DNA of 7,722 nucleotides from a virus (Monodnaviria; Loebvirae; Hofneiviricota; Faserviricetes; Tubulavirales; Inoviridae): IMG/VR virus record IMGVR_UViG_2541047896_000002; one strand, 5' to 3'. Shown piece by piece: positions 6,127 to 7,722 of this stretch (position 1 is its first letter; each line of letters starts with the position of its first letter). The notes under the pieces were generated by a model. It saw only the letters and a program-made list of their open reading frames with translations, ran no database searches and was not told where the DNA came from. The position numbers and the translations under genes were made by a program.

Positions 6127-7385
6127 AGCTGATAACAGGTTTACTTTTTTTACTGGTTCCGGGGCTGGTTATAGCGAAGGGCGTCAGTCTGGAGCTTAAC
6201 GCCGTTCCGCTGCCGCAGGCGCTGAACATGATTTATGTTCAGGTGTTCGACAAGCCTTTTATGCTTGACCCGGAGCTTGCCAAATCTGACAAGGTGGTGA
6301 CGTTCCGTATCACGCCGGATATCGATGAACGGGCATTCATTAAGCGCTATCTCGGCAACATGAACATTGCGATTTACAACAAACAGGGCATCGATTACGT
6401 GGCACCATTCACGCCTAAAGCGTATGTGGCGCCGCAGGAAACCTTTGTTTATCGGCCTCGCTTCCGTTCCGTGGCGTATTTGTCGGATATTCTGGCCGGG
6501 CAGTTTACGGGGCAGTTTAATAGTCAGCGTAATTCGTTACCGTCCGGGCAGATCTCGCCGGAAGCGGCTGTAGCAGGTACGGCATCGGACTTTATGAACC
6601 GTACCGGGGATGTGCTGGTTTATTATGGCCGGAAGTCAGAGATTAAGCGGTTGCAGACGCTGTTACCGCTGATTGATACCGCTTCTGAGGAAGTTATTGT
6701 CGCCGCTTACGTGTTTGAGGTTCAGACCAGCGAGCGTAACGGCTCAGGGCTGGCACTGGCGGCGAAGCTGCTTTCCGGCAAGCTGAACATTCAGATTGGC
6801 ACGTCCGGCGGTTTTGACAACTTTATCCGGGTGAATACCGGCTCTCTCGATGCGCTGTATGAGCTGTTCAGGACGGACAGCCGTTTTCATGTCGTCAGTT
6901 CCCCGCGGCTCAGGGTGAAGGATGGTGCGTCAGCCACGTTTTCAGTTGGTAATGAGGTTCCGGTGCTGGGTCAGGTGAGCTACGCCGACAACAGGCCGAT
7001 ACAGTCGATTGAATACCGTTCCAGCGGCGTTATCCTCGACGTGAAGCCGCAAATCCGGACTGACAACATTGACCTTGTGATTAAGCAGCAGCTTTCCAGC
7101 TTTGCGAAGACAGATACGGGCGTGAATAACAGCCCGACGCTGATTAAGCGTGAGGTTAATACGGAGGTCTCAGCGGCTGACGGGGATATTATTCTGCTGG
7201 GTGGCCTGGCTGAATCTAAGGTCACGAACGCCGATACCGGATTCAGTTTCCTGCCGAAAGGCTGGCTCTCCAGTTCGTCCGACGAGAAGAACAAGACGGA
7301 TATCCTCGTCGTGTTACAGGCGAAAAAAGTCAGGCGCGCCAGCGCCGCGCACGCACCGAGTTCCCACGAGGAGCGCGCGCGGTGA
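6123..7385 (+). CDS. pIV-like secretin (phage export channel)
   Basis: N-terminal signal peptide (MKLITGLLFLLVPGLVIA). The C-terminal region LLGGLAESKVTNADTGFSFLPKGWLSSSSDEKNKTDILVVLQAKKV resembles the end of M13 pIV (...GTPFLSKIPLIGLLFSSRSDSNEESTLYVLVKATIV, from memory). It is followed by an unusual GC-rich tail, RRASAAHAPSSHEERAR. Confidence 0.85.
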   Translation: MKLITGLLFLLVPGLVIAKGVSLELNAVPLPQALNMIYVQVFDKPFMLDPELAKSDKVVTFRITPDIDERAFIKRYLGNMNIAIYNKQGIDYVAPFTPKAYVAPQETFVYRPRFRSVAYLSDILAGQFTGQFNSQRNSLPSGQISPEAAVAGTASDFMNRTGDVLVYYGRKSEIKRLQTLLPLIDTASEEVIVAAYVFEVQTSERNGSGLALAAKLLSGKLNIQIGTSGGFDNFIRVNTGSLDALYELFRTDSRFHVVSSPRLRVKDGASATFSVGNEVPVLGQVSYADNRPIQSIEYRSSGVILDVKPQIRTDNIDLVIKQQLSSFAKTDTGVNNSPTLIKREVNTEVSAADGDIILLGGLAESKVTNADTGFSFLPKGWLSSSSDEKNKTDILVVLQAKKVRRASAAHAPSSHEERAR

Positions 7386-7722
7386 TGGTGGCGACGGACG
7401 CATACAGGCGGTGACGTGGCGGAATATCTGGTTTTTATGCCGTCAGGCATGGGAGGCGCTTCGCGCCGGAAGCCCCGCAGCGAAGCGAGGACTCAGAAAG
7501 CGTTATGGCGTCAGCCATAATATTCCCGTCACTGCAAAGCCTGTTTTTTGCGGCCGCAGGTCATTCAGGCATCGACATGGCCAGTTGATGAAATTGATGC
7601 CTTACAGCGTGTGTGACAGAATGGCGATCGCCGGTGACAGGCTTTCACATCAACCCGGGGTGCGGTTTGTTTCTTCCTGGTATCCGGCAACAAATTCTTT
7701 CCGAACGCGCTTATCTGCGCAC

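Larger units (their letters stand above)
1..7722. mobile_element. Filamentous phage (Inovirus-like) genome or prophage, probably dif-integrating
   Basis: Collinear Ff-type gene order (rep, ssb, small membrane protein, major coat, pIII, pVI, pI/Zot, pIV secretin) on one strand; dif-like XerCD sites at the left end; divergent small regulator genes upstream of rep. Total size is typical of inoviruses. Confidence 0.85.

Noticed and set aside
5816-7450. ORFs 5816..6034 (+), 6367..6573 (+) and 6980..7450 (-) overlapping pI and pIV
   Set aside because: Embedded in or antisense to the Zot-like and secretin genes. The 156-aa antisense ORF is kept open by the GC-rich tail and is probably a composition artefact.
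7701-7722. Possible second dif-like site at the right edge (reverse complement GTGCGCAGATAA)
   Set aside because: It matches the XerC arm only if a 1-nt insertion is allowed, it is in inverted rather than the direct orientation expected for a prophage attR, and it is truncated by the window edge. I cannot distinguish it from chance.
1-7722. CRISPR arrays, tRNA or rRNA genes, and transposase or integrase genes
   Set aside because: I found no regularly spaced direct repeats, no cloverleaf-compatible tRNA-like segments, and no ORF with recombinase-like features, consistent with a XerCD-dependent phage.

Overview
The window reads as an essentially complete filamentous phage (Inovirus-like) genome or prophage, about 7.7 kb. 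Starting at 873, a plus-strand morphogenesis operon runs in the classic Ff order: rolling-circle replication initiator (pII-like), putative ssDNA-binding protein (pV-like), an 89-aa membrane protein, major coat protein (pVIII-like, mature N-terminus AEGD), rho-independent terminator, large pIII-like adsorption protein, pVI-like protein, Zot/pI-like assembly NTPase and a pIV-like secretin. Upstream, two small minus-strand genes (62 aa and 88 aa) are transcribed divergently from the replication gene across overlapping candidate promoters, which looks like a lysogeny/regulatory switch. The first ~95 bp carry a perfect match to the XerC-binding arm of E. coli dif, plus a second dif-like site in inverted orientation; together they can fold into a forked hairpin, the attP architecture of XerCD-exploiting (CTXphi-type) phages. 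The last ~400 bp, including the 3' tail of the secretin gene, are visibly more GC-rich and full of short palindromes; this is either the phage origin/packaging region or a junction with host DNA. All homology statements rest on motifs read by eye and recalled from Ff and CTXphi biology; no database search was possible. I found no CRISPR array, tRNA or rRNA, and cannot support a claim of a wholly new system; the least-explained parts are the two minus-strand genes, the 89-aa ORF and the GC-rich right end.
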